A DNA stretch of 32,000 nt, taken from Wolbachia endosymbiont of Dirofilaria (Dirofilaria) immitis. GTDB lineage: Bacteria > Pseudomonadota > Alphaproteobacteria > Rickettsiales > Anaplasmataceae. Below are positions 1 to 8,485 of this stretch, one piece after another. The DNA is taken from contig NZ_CP046578.1 of assembly GCF_013365455.1 (NCBI RefSeq), forward strand, positions 570,001-602,000. The letters are read 5' to 3'. Made by a program: the position numbers and the translations under genes. Below the pieces are notes generated by a model. That model saw nothing but the letters and a program-made list of their open reading frames with translations. It searched no databases and was not told the origin of the DNA. Position 1 is the stretch's first letter. Each line of letters starts with the position of its first letter.

Positions 1-1168
1 TTGCAGTAAAAATTACAATCCAGATTTTAATGTATTTATCATTCATAGATACGTAGCGTATTGTTTGTTTTGCACAGAAAAACCAAGTAAAAATAGTAGT
101 AAAAGCAAAACAAAACATTATGACTATGATCAAGTAATCAATACAAGGATAACTCATAGCCCTTCTAAAAGCAAATATACACATGTTAGTACTCTCTAAA
201 TCAGTAACCCAAGAATCTGTAACAAGTAGTACCATTGCTGTAATGAACACTATAAATGCAACTACAAAAGGTGATATTATAGTGATCAGACTCTGTTCAA
301 TAATAAACCTATTGCTATTTTTCTTAGGAATAATCGAAGAGTGTACAATACCTTCAAGGCCAAGTCCTATATCTGTTGCAAAAATACCACGTAAAGTTCC
401 TACTTGAATAATAGTTAACACTTCCAAAATCAAACCTAGAGATAAACCAGAGTTAAAACCACTAGTTGTAAAGAAACTACTTGTTATCAATTTCAAAGAA
501 GGAAGAACATTTTCACTAAACTTAAATAATATGATACTACAAAGTGTAAGATAACTTACCGTCATTATTGGTATCATAGCCGATATAAAAATTTTAATTT
601 TTTTAAAGCTGAAAGCTACAACAGCAAAAAACATTATAGCCATAACAACTCCACCAACAACCATAGGCACATTTACCATGCCAAGCGGTATTGACAGAGA
701 ATTTACCTGAACAAGGTTACCAACAGTTATGGAAGCTACTATCATAATGGCTAAAAACGTAACCGTAGCCTTTTTGGAATTAAATGCATCAGCCATACAA
801 GCTATAGGACCACCGATAAACTGTCCATTTTTCTTCTTTCTGGTCCTCATACTCAGGTAACAAGTAACATATTTTATTATAGAAGTGACAACAATAACTA
901 TTGCCATCCATAAAATGGAACCTGGTCCCCCAGTTTTTAGAGCAACAGCAGTTCCTGAAATATTCCCTACTCCTAAATTTCCCCCTAAAATTGTAAATAG
1001 AGCAACTACAGAAGAAAATTTATTTTCTCCTCTTTTAGCTCCAATGAGTGAAAACGCGTATGGCAATCTAAATACTTGTAACCATTTCAGTTTAACTGAT
1101 AGATAAATACTGGTGATTAGTACTAGTAATATTGTTAGCAGTAATAAAACAAATTTTACTGTATCCAT
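1..1168 (-). CDS. Sodium:alanine (AGCS family) symporter, N-terminal 389 codons; the 3' end runs off the window
   Basis: Hand translation of the minus strand from the ATG at 1168-1166 is open to position 1 (MDTVKFVLLLLTILLVLITSIYLSVKLKW...GGNLGVGNISGTAVALKTGGPGSILWMAIV...RGIFATDIGLGLEGIVHSS...). It has many hydrophobic segments and the GGPG..(L/F)WM motif typical of AGCS carriers. It is absent from the ORF track because no stop lies in the window. Track ORFs 183-407 and 885-1106 are antisense to it. Confidence 0.75.
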   Translation of the reverse strand, partial: MDTVKFVLLLLTILLVLITSIYLSVKLKWLQVFRLPYAFSLIGAKRGENKFSSVVALFTILGGNLGVGNISGTAVALKTGGPGSILWMAIVIVVTSIIKYVTCYLSMRTRKKKNGQFIGGPIACMADAFNSKKATVTFLAIMIVASITVGNLVQVNSLSIPLGMVNVPMVVGGVVMAIMFFAVVAFSFKKIKIFISAMIPIMTVSYLTLCSIILFKFSENVLPSLKLITSSFFTTSGFNSGLSLGLILEVLTIIQVGTLRGIFATDIGLGLEGIVHSSIIPKKNSNRFIIEQSLITIISPFVVAFIVFITAMVLLVTDSWVTDLESTNMCIFAFRRAMSYPCIDYLIIVIMFCFAFTTIFTWFFCAKQTIRYVSMNDKYIKIWIVIFTA

Positions 1169-1263
1169 CTACAAGCTAAAGATAAGCTTTTTGACTTAAG
1201 TATACAAACAAAAGTTAAAAATGCCTAAGCCTATTTTCTGTAAAAGTTTATACAGCTAACAAG

Positions 1264-1343
1264 TTTGTTTTTGTCAGCTCATAGCATGACCATGAATCAG
1301 ACACCCCCCGTCCACACAACGCATCAGGGGCTGACAAAACAAA
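1264..1343. repeat. GC-rich imperfect palindrome in the wspB-symporter spacer
   Basis: The arms TTTGTTTTTGTCAGC (1264-1278) and GCTGACAAAACAAA (1330-1343) are reverse complements apart from one T. The ~50-nt interior is far more GC-rich than its surroundings and contains CCCCCC...GGGG and CATGACCATG. Confidence 0.5.
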
Positions 1344-1395
1344 AAAAAAGAGCACCAGAACGATCAAAAAAAACCTATTCTAGTTCCTTAAAAGG

Positions 1396-2274
1396 CTAAG
1401 CTTCATTAGCAAAATGGAAAGTAAGACCAGCTTCTATACCATGTGTAGTCAATAACCCACTACTCGCATTTATATTCTCTTGTTTTTCAATACCTATTAG
1501 TGGAATTCCTCTAACACTGTCGTCAAGAAGTGTCGATCTTGTTCCTGAAGTACCTGACTTTACTTCTCCCAATAAATCTGCTTTTAGCTTATAGCCTTTA
1601 CTAAAGGCACCAAAATGTCTATATCCAACACGCATATTTACATCTTTGTTTATTCGATAAGCAAGACCAGCTTTTAATTGATATGCAGGTCCTACTGATG
1701 CCTCACCAAACATTTTCATTCTTGTTAAACCGATTCCAGCTCCAATGTAAGGAAAGAAAGAGAAACTATCACTTTTTAAGTAATAGCAAGCATTTGCCAT
1801 TATAGATGTGTTCTCAATTCGGTCATTATCAACTTTAGCAGCATACATGTAAGTTTTTCTGTTTTCACCTTCCCCAATCACCCTAAAGTACAATACACTC
1901 ACCCAGTTACCTTTCAAGCCAATATTATCTGCCTTTACAGAAGAATACATCCCTTCTAATTCAGCTCTATAATTATTGTTACCTAACTTTCCTTCATAAC
2001 CAAATGCTATACCTCCAGCAAAAGGTGGATTATAGTCTCCTCTATATTCACTTGTTTTTTGATCTTTTATCTTGTTAGAAAGATACATCTTATTTATAGT
2101 TATGTGTTTTCTAGGATCATTTTCCATTTTTCTCACTTTCAATAAACCTATGCTATTAAAAAGTTGACTGTGGTATCCACTATCAAAATAAAATCCTTCC
2201 GTTTTACTTGCAAAAGACTGTTGCGATAATAATAAAGCAAATACTGTAACTACTAATATTTTTTTATTGTTCAT
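1396..2274 (-). CDS. wspB: WSP/OMP-1/MSP2 superfamily beta-barrel surface protein, WSP paralog B
   Basis: 292 aa with a signal peptide (MNNKKILVVTVFALLLSQQSFAS). It has family motifs GFYFDSGY, YNPPFAGGIAFGY, RAELEGMY and PYIGAGIG, and a C-terminal beta strand GLTFHF. It lies immediately downstream of virD4, as wspB does in Wolbachia. Confidence 0.75.
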   Translation of the reverse strand: MNNKKILVVTVFALLLSQQSFASKTEGFYFDSGYHSQLFNSIGLLKVRKMENDPRKHITINKMYLSNKIKDQKTSEYRGDYNPPFAGGIAFGYEGKLGNNNYRAELEGMYSSVKADNIGLKGNWVSVLYFRVIGEGENRKTYMYAAKVDNDRIENTSIMANACYYLKSDSFSFFPYIGAGIGLTRMKMFGEASVGPAYQLKAGLAYRINKDVNMRVGYRHFGAFSKGYKLKADLLGEVKSGTSGTRSTLLDDSVRGIPLIGIEKQENINASSGLLTTHGIEAGLTFHFANEA

Positions 2275-2351
2275 TATTACTTTCCTACTTAAAATAGCTA
2301 ATTTAATACTAATTAATTAAAAATAACTTAATGTAAAAAATTAATATAACT

Positions 2352-2372
2352 TATTTTCTAAACTAGAAAATA
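2352..2372 (-). other. AT-rich 9-bp hairpin in the virD4-wspB spacer
   Basis: TATTTTCTA (2352-2360), AAC, TAGAAAATA (2364-2372). It sits just 3' of the virD4 stop. No U-run follows on the minus strand, so it is not a canonical terminator. Confidence 0.3.
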
Positions 2373-2385
2373 GACAAAGCTGACC

Positions 2386-4425
2386 TTACTTTTCACTGTT
2401 TTTTGACTCATCGCCAATATTTTCATCTTCAAATTCATCCTCTTCGCCATCAAATCTATCATCATCTTTTTCATCTTCAAATTCATCTTCAAATTCATTA
2501 TCACTCTCTTCATCTTCAAACTTGTCTTCAACACCTTCATTACCAATACTTCCATCTTTAAATTTATCGTCAATCTCCGATTCATCACATGCCTCATTTT
2601 CAGCTTGAGCTTCAATAGGACAATCAGCAGTGTTAGTCCCTTCAACAACAGCATCATTCTCTTCTTCGTCACTAACTCTACTATTACTAACAGAAAAGAC
2701 TTTATTTGGGTCATACGGCTCCTGTGTAGGTACACGAGTTGGCTTAAATAATTTTCTTGTGAAGGCACTATCATTATAGTACAAAACTTTCTTTGATTTA
2801 ATTGGGTAAGTAGACTCTATTAAAATTATCTGCTCATCACGCGGCAACATAATAATCTCTTGAGGCAACAGTAACGCTCTCTGTGTTTCAGAGATATGCA
2901 ACGATCTTGAAGCAGGATTTAAATCTAAAAACTTAGGTTTATTCAACGACTCCTGTTGCACAGTTTTATTCCCTATAAGCTGCGATATTAAATTAGCAGT
3001 TTCAATGTTATTAGCTGCAAAAGTTATTCTATAAGTTGAGTTTGATAAAAAAGAGTTCATTCCTGCTTCTTCATATATTCCTTTGAGCTGCTCAGTATCT
3101 TGAACAATCAAGAATAATCTAACTCTATACCCACGAAAATATGCAATACCAGTTTGAAATTGCTCCATTTTCCCAAGTGTTGGAAACTCATCCATTAAAA
3201 ATAACACACCATAAGGCTCATCATCTAAAGGCAACTTTCTACACAGAAACTCAGTTGCTTGCTGATAGAAAACTTGCATTAAAGGTCTTAACCTATTTAA
3301 GTTATCTGGAGTTAACCCAACATAAACTGTAACTTTCTTCTTCTTAAAATCTAAAATATTGAAATCACTCGTCGTAGTTGCAGTGTCAATCAGCGGGTTT
3401 GCCCATAATTCAAGCGATGAATTCATAGTTGAAACAACACCTGACCTTTCTTTATCAGCTTTTTGCAAAAAGGCCGCAATGTTCATATACGCTACAGGAT
3501 GTATAACCTTACCCATCGTATCCAAAACAACAGCAAGGTTATAAACCACATCATCACTACGCATCGTACGTACAACTTCACCAAAAGATTTCACCTTCTC
3601 TGGTGTAGCAAGTAAATATAGTACTACTCCAACAAACAAACTTCTTGCTTCATTTTGCCAAAAATCTTGTTCAGGCATAATCAAATTTGCTATTTTCTGC
3701 ACATCATCGACCATTTGTCCAGGTTTTTCGCTAATCCATTCTAATGGATTATAACAGTGACTAATTCCATCTGGCTGTGCTGGATTCCATACGTATACTT
3801 CTTGCCCTTGTCGTTCTCGCCAGCCGCTCGTTATTTCATAATTCTCTAATTTTATGTCATGTACAATTACCGAATCAGTCCAGAATAACAAATTAGGGAT
3901 TACAAAACCAACACCTTTACCAGAACCTGTAGGTGCAAATAATAATGTGTGTTGATACCCATCAGCAATAAAATATCCTCTCTTATCCTTACCAAGCAAT
4001 AATCCTTTTTTGCTTCTTAATCCTGCCTTTCGTATATCTTTCTCTGACGCCCACTTTGAATCTCCGTGGAGCGATTCTTTTTTTTTAAATGGCCGCCATT
4101 CAATTATTCTCTCTCTTAAATTCCATAAAATAATCATCAAAATAATAATAGGTAATACAGAAGATACAATTAGTTTAACTATGAGTTCAGAGCCATATAA
4201 CTCTGGATGATACCAACAATATTGTATATGATCAAAAATTGTCGGCCAGAGAGCTTGAGGAAAAGGAGTTAAACTAGGGTTAACTGCTTTAAAATCCACA
4301 CCATCTGGACCATCAACAAACAGATAGAACAATATCCCAGATAAATAGAAACAAAACTCTAGTATACTGAAAACCACAATACCACCTATCAAAATATTGC
4401 GTAGGTGGTTTCCACTATAACTCAT
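2386..4425 (-). CDS. virD4: Type IV secretion coupling protein VirD4
   Basis: 679 aa with N-terminal TM segments, Walker A (FAPTGSGKGVGFVIPN) and Walker B-like (VLFLMDEFPTLGKM) motifs. It is the last gene of the virB8-D4 cluster. The C-terminal 96 aa are acidic. Confidence 0.95.
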   Translation of the reverse strand: MSYSGNHLRNILIGGIVVFSILEFCFYLSGILFYLFVDGPDGVDFKAVNPSLTPFPQALWPTIFDHIQYCWYHPELYGSELIVKLIVSSVLPIIILMIILWNLRERIIEWRPFKKKESLHGDSKWASEKDIRKAGLRSKKGLLLGKDKRGYFIADGYQHTLLFAPTGSGKGVGFVIPNLLFWTDSVIVHDIKLENYEITSGWRERQGQEVYVWNPAQPDGISHCYNPLEWISEKPGQMVDDVQKIANLIMPEQDFWQNEARSLFVGVVLYLLATPEKVKSFGEVVRTMRSDDVVYNLAVVLDTMGKVIHPVAYMNIAAFLQKADKERSGVVSTMNSSLELWANPLIDTATTTSDFNILDFKKKKVTVYVGLTPDNLNRLRPLMQVFYQQATEFLCRKLPLDDEPYGVLFLMDEFPTLGKMEQFQTGIAYFRGYRVRLFLIVQDTEQLKGIYEEAGMNSFLSNSTYRITFAANNIETANLISQLIGNKTVQQESLNKPKFLDLNPASRSLHISETQRALLLPQEIIMLPRDEQIILIESTYPIKSKKVLYYNDSAFTRKLFKPTRVPTQEPYDPNKVFSVSNSRVSDEEENDAVVEGTNTADCPIEAQAENEACDESEIDDKFKDGSIGNEGVEDKFEDEESDNEFEDEFEDEKDDDRFDGEEDEFEDENIGDESKNSEK
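2422..2520 (-). repeat. In-frame 12-nt coding repeat (sense TTTGAAGATGAA = FEDE) in the virD4 3' end
   Basis: The plus-strand unit TTCATCTTCAAA occurs at 2422, 2470, 2482 and 2509, encoding EFEDEFEDE / DEFEDE. Confidence 0.7.
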
Positions 4426-4453
4426 AAACTACTTTCTCTTACTCTATATAAAT

Positions 4454-5446
4454 TCAGAAATCTCCATTTATAGATCTAGTAAATAATATTTCAGAAATGC
4501 TTCTTCTTCCTCCACTGGTCCTTTTTAGCTGAATGACAATATCAATCACATTCTTAATGTACGACATAATCTGATCTGGAGATATACCAAGGTTTGCTTG
4601 CATAACCATTAATTTTATTTGCTCAAGGGCCATTGTTGGACTATCCGCATGAAGAGTTGATATTGATCCTGAGTGACCAGTGTTTATTGCTCTAAGAAAA
4701 CTAAAAGCTTCTGCCCCACGCAGCTCACCGACTATTATTCTGTCTGGCCTTAAACGTAAGCACGCCTCTATCAAATCTTGAGTAGTTACTTTTGCCCTGC
4801 CCTGCCCTCCTTTGGAGGCAATCAAATGTACTCTATTAAGATGACCATTCAAAATGATTTCCCTTGCATCCTCGACAGTAATAATTCTTTCTTCAGCTGG
4901 AATGGCACGCAAAGTAGCATTAGTAAAAGTAGTTTTACCGGTAGAAGTTCCACCACTAATTATGATATTTTTCCTATTTACTACAGCGTACTCTAAAAAC
5001 TCTTTTATTTTCTTTTGCTTTAATAGCAGATACAGGTGACGATCTACTGGATTATCAGTCACTTCTATAGCAGTCTCAGAAAAAGCTCCCATTTTCTCAT
5101 AATCATCTAATGCTAATTGCATGGTGGAAGGTTTACGAATCGACATGATCGCTTTATCAGGCTCACATGCCGGAGGAAATACTATCTGTATACGATACCC
5201 ATTCGGCAACGTTGCCGAAAGTAGCGGTGCTTCCTCACTCAATTTTTGTTCCGTAGCTTGAGCGATCAACCTACCAAGAGACTTCAAATGATTAAGATCA
5301 AACACTTCTAATTTTTCACATCTCATTTCACCACGATTTTCAATCCATACTTCTTTTGGCTTATTTATTGATATTTCATTTACACCCTCTTCTTGAAAGA
5401 TGTCTTGTAACGGCTCTAAATATGTATCAAGTGCAGCATAGTTCAT
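4454..5446 (-). CDS. virB11: Type IV secretion ATPase VirB11
   Basis: 330 aa with Walker A (ISGGTSTGKTT), an RPDRIIVGELRG box and a His box (TGHSGSISTLHA). Confidence 0.95.
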   Translation of the reverse strand: MNYAALDTYLEPLQDIFQEEGVNEISINKPKEVWIENRGEMRCEKLEVFDLNHLKSLGRLIAQATEQKLSEEAPLLSATLPNGYRIQIVFPPACEPDKAIMSIRKPSTMQLALDDYEKMGAFSETAIEVTDNPVDRHLYLLLKQKKIKEFLEYAVVNRKNIIISGGTSTGKTTFTNATLRAIPAEERIITVEDAREIILNGHLNRVHLIASKGGQGRAKVTTQDLIEACLRLRPDRIIVGELRGAEAFSFLRAINTGHSGSISTLHADSPTMALEQIKLMVMQANLGISPDQIMSYIKNVIDIVIQLKRTSGGRRSISEILFTRSINGDF

Positions 5447-5447
5447 C

Positions 5448-6929
5448 TTATTGATTTAATATCACCTGTGGAGAAAACACTATATCTTGGTTAACAAATA
5501 CTCTCAACGCAGTACCTTGATCAACATAAATAATTGGCTTTTTATTTGTATACCTACTAACTATATCCCGCATATCTCTAGAAAAATCGTTAATTAATTT
5601 TTTAATTGATTCTTCGTAGATAGACTTGTTTTCTTGCCTTTGTAATAATAGTTTTATATCCTCCAAAGTAATTTCATCAACTTTATTATCGTCAATCGAA
5701 GTTAATTCTAGATCTTTTACTACTTGCTTAAATATCTTAAGCAAACTCTGTTCATCAGATGCATTCTTAATTTTCCTGATAGCTCCAAATTCAAGCTTCC
5801 ACTCATCATTTTTTGCCCTCTCTTTATCCTCTTTAGAACTGCTCTTTTTACCAATAATATCCTTAAGAGGGGAGATATCTATTTCAGTTACAGCAATAGA
5901 TCTCACTAGATTCATGGCAGTAAACACATCAATAAGATTAGAGGCCTTTTGCGCTATAATAGCTGAACTAATTGAGACACCTGCAAGTAGTATTGAAGAA
6001 AATAACGCACTTACTACTTTATTATCAATCATGCCAGTGATTCCTGCTCTACCAAGTTTATCGGTACCAAGTGATGAAATGGTAATATCTATTCCATGTG
6101 GAAGAATAATCCTATTCCAATTTATATTTATGCGTGCTCTTGTTATATCTGAATCGAATGAATAACTGCCTATTAACCTCGAACCTTTAGGTATTAAAAC
6201 TGTATCACCAGCTTCTGCATAAACATTACCACTAACTATAGCACGCAATACACCTTGCAGATCAGAATCTATTGCAGTCTCAAGAACAGCATCAATAATT
6301 TTACCTTGAGCAATCACAAACCCGAGCTTTCCTATCTTGGTAGCCGTATTCAACTGCGCTGAAGTATCAGCCAAAATAGCATTAGCAGCCTCTTTCTCAT
6401 TACTTAACATTGCTAACATTTGTGCACCACGTCTATCTTTAGGATAACCACTACTCCCTATTGCAGACAATGAAGTAGGTAAATTACTATTAACACTGCT
6501 ATAAGGAAAATTTTGTTTTGGCAAAACAGGTATATTTGATACATGAGTTTCTTTTGGTTTTTCCTCCTCCTTCTTTAGTACTTTCTCTTTTTTAACCTGC
6601 TTTACTTCCGGTATAATTTGTGGTATAGGAAGAGGAGGCAAAGATGGCAAATCAGTTATTATCCTTTCATGAACCATCGTATCATCTGGAACTTTTTCCA
6701 ATTTTTCTTTTAACTCTTGAACACTTTGCTTCACTTCTTCCTTTTTAATGATTTCTATATTCTCTTTGTTAAAAAAAGGATTAAAATAAAGGTAATAATA
6801 CACCCCACCAACTAAAAATACCAAAACAATAATTATTAATATTCTATAACTTTGACTAGAACCAACTATTACTACTTTGCTCTCTATTTCCGACTCATTC
6901 TCTGAATTGTTATGCCTATCTTTATTCAT
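5448..6929 (-). CDS. virB10: Type IV secretion protein VirB10
   Basis: 493 aa with an N-terminal TM segment (ILIIIVLVFLVGGVYYYLYF), a proline-rich stretch (LPSLPPLPIPQIIPE) and a C-terminal barrel motif (PIIYVDQGTALRVFVNQDIVF). Its stop abuts the virB11 start. Confidence 0.9.
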   Translation of the reverse strand: MNKDRHNNSENESEIESKVVIVGSSQSYRILIIIVLVFLVGGVYYYLYFNPFFNKENIEIIKKEEVKQSVQELKEKLEKVPDDTMVHERIITDLPSLPPLPIPQIIPEVKQVKKEKVLKKEEEKPKETHVSNIPVLPKQNFPYSSVNSNLPTSLSAIGSSGYPKDRRGAQMLAMLSNEKEAANAILADTSAQLNTATKIGKLGFVIAQGKIIDAVLETAIDSDLQGVLRAIVSGNVYAEAGDTVLIPKGSRLIGSYSFDSDITRARININWNRIILPHGIDITISSLGTDKLGRAGITGMIDNKVVSALFSSILLAGVSISSAIIAQKASNLIDVFTAMNLVRSIAVTEIDISPLKDIIGKKSSSKEDKERAKNDEWKLEFGAIRKIKNASDEQSLLKIFKQVVKDLELTSIDDNKVDEITLEDIKLLLQRQENKSIYEESIKKLINDFSRDMRDIVSRYTNKKPIIYVDQGTALRVFVNQDIVFSPQVILNQ

Positions 6930-6945
6930 ATTACATATATCAAAG

Positions 6946-7755
6946 CTAAAACGATCTATTTATAATTTCAACTTCATCACCTTCATACCGCATAAATAAC
7001 TTCCTATGCACCCCCTTTATTACAACATAACCATCAAATAATAGCCTTCTACAAGGCGATTTAGCTTTGTTCTCCTCTACAAAAATCTGAGGTATTTTGC
7101 TACTATCCCTAAATTTAAAATAGGTTAAATAGCCGTCATCAAATAACTCTACTGGTATTATATCAGCATCAACACCTTTATCGACATATGTATAATTGTA
7201 CTTTGTAGCATTTTCCTGTACTACGTCTTCTAGATCATCTACAACATATTGCATTTGAGTAGGAGTTGATATTTCATCTAAATCAATATCAAACTCATCC
7301 TCCTCTTGAGGATAATAAAAACGTATTACATAAGATATATCTTTTTCAGTAGAATAATCATGATTTGTTTTCCCAGCATTAGTATCTGGATGTTTATCGT
7401 AGTTTGGCCTTGAGATTAGATCAAAAATGTAATTCCTTTTTTTTGTGGTCGTAATAATCATATTAGTACGACCACTAACTTCAAACGGCATGATGAGTAA
7501 TTTATTATCATAAGGACTGATTTTCCAACTAGATGCATCACCAACGGCAATATTTTTGACTTTTTCTCCTTCTGCAAACTCTATATAAGAATAGTAACCT
7601 TGACTAAAAACGACTGTAAATACTTCATTAGGACTATATACAAAAGTTTTTATTCTACTGTCTACAGAAATAGGCTTACTATAATCAACTAACGCACTTA
7701 AACCACTACTCATCAATAAAACTAAAATCAATAATACTCTACACATATTCATCAT
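6946..7755 (-). CDS. virB9: Type IV secretion protein VirB9
   Basis: 269 aa with a signal peptide and a VirB9 N-domain pattern (RIKTFVYSPNEVFTVVFSQGYYSYIEF). It overlaps the virB8 stop by 17 nt. Confidence 0.9.
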   Translation of the reverse strand: MMNMCRVLLILVLLMSSGLSALVDYSKPISVDSRIKTFVYSPNEVFTVVFSQGYYSYIEFAEGEKVKNIAVGDASSWKISPYDNKLLIMPFEVSGRTNMIITTTKKRNYIFDLISRPNYDKHPDTNAGKTNHDYSTEKDISYVIRFYYPQEEDEFDIDLDEISTPTQMQYVVDDLEDVVQENATKYNYTYVDKGVDADIIPVELFDDGYLTYFKFRDSSKIPQIFVEENKAKSPCRRLLFDGYVVIKGVHRKLFMRYEGDEVEIINRSF

Positions 7756-8422
7756 CTACTCTATAAGAAGTAACCTGAAATCCTAATGGGTTAACATATC
7801 TTTGCTGATCATTCATTTCAAGTAACACATACCTATATGACATAATAGCTATTTTATTTTTTCTTATAGAACTTCCATCTTCTCGTGTAAATTCTACAGT
7901 GAACCTCACTTGAAAAGTATTATCATACAATTTCTGAATTGAGCGAATCTTAAACTCATTTTTAACAAAATCTGAATATACACTGAAAAGGTCATCCATG
8001 TTCTGTAGTTTTGTATAATTTCTAAACTCATTGTACACACTTGGTGAGGAAAATAATCTCACTTTTGTATAGTAGTTATAATTATAGTTATATGGGTCAA
8101 AAACCTCTCTTGATTTTATATATTCTGCAATAAAATGATTATTTAGCACTTCATCTGCGGAATACTGTTTTACCGTAACAGGATCAACCCATTGCACTAT
8201 TCCTGATTTCTTATCAATTTCTATAACAAATGGTTCAATAGTACTACTAGTACTAATTTTAAATATAGCTAATATGCTTACAAAAATTGCCGCCGACAAT
8301 ATTAACACAAATAGAAGTAAAGTATTTCTCTGAGCAACAACCATGCTATAGCGACTCGAATTCCAATCTATATCTTTATCCAATAACTTACTATTTCTTT
8401 CCTGCTTAAAAAACTTTAGCAT
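7739..8422 (-). CDS. virB8: Type IV secretion protein VirB8
   Basis: 227 aa, bitopic with one TM segment (LLLFVLILSAAIFVSILAIF) and a periplasmic VirB8-type domain. It is the first gene of the cluster. Confidence 0.85.
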   Translation of the reverse strand: MLKFFKQERNSKLLDKDIDWNSSRYSMVVAQRNTLLLFVLILSAAIFVSILAIFKISTSSTIEPFVIEIDKKSGIVQWVDPVTVKQYSADEVLNNHFIAEYIKSREVFDPYNYNYNYYTKVRLFSSPSVYNEFRNYTKLQNMDDLFSVYSDFVKNEFKIRSIQKLYDNTFQVRFTVEFTREDGSSIRKNKIAIMSYRYVLLEMNDQQRYVNPLGFQVTSYRVDDEYV

Positions 8423-8485
8423 CTTTATTCTCTTAAAACCTTAATTTACATCAATAAATTTAGTAAATTAATAAAGCAATTAAAA

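Noticed and set aside
183-1106. Track ORFs 183-407 (+) and 885-1106 (+)
   Set aside because: Both are antisense to the continuous 389-codon symporter frame. Their sequences are the mirror-image low-complexity type typical of shadow ORFs.
1321-1345. GGGGCTGAC following a C-rich stretch looked like a tmRNA 5' end or a permuted two-piece ssrA
   Set aside because: There is no T-arm (GGUUCGAAUCC-like) motif, no encoded CCA acceptor end and no alanine-rich tag reading frame. The downstream sequence runs straight into the wspB stop on the other strand.
2358-2774. 138-aa minus-strand ORF overlapping the virD4 3' end
   Set aside because: It is an alternative frame of the FEDE repeat region (LKMKLKM... 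periodicity) and lies entirely inside the well-supported virD4 frame.
3141-6165. Plus-strand ORFs inside virD4, virB11 and virB10 (3141-3332, 3359-3544, 4010-4210, 4778-4996, 4854-5039, 5626-6165, 5724-5909)
   Set aside because: They are antisense shadows of strongly supported T4SS genes. They have no ribosome-binding sites and serine/leucine/isoleucine-rich composition.
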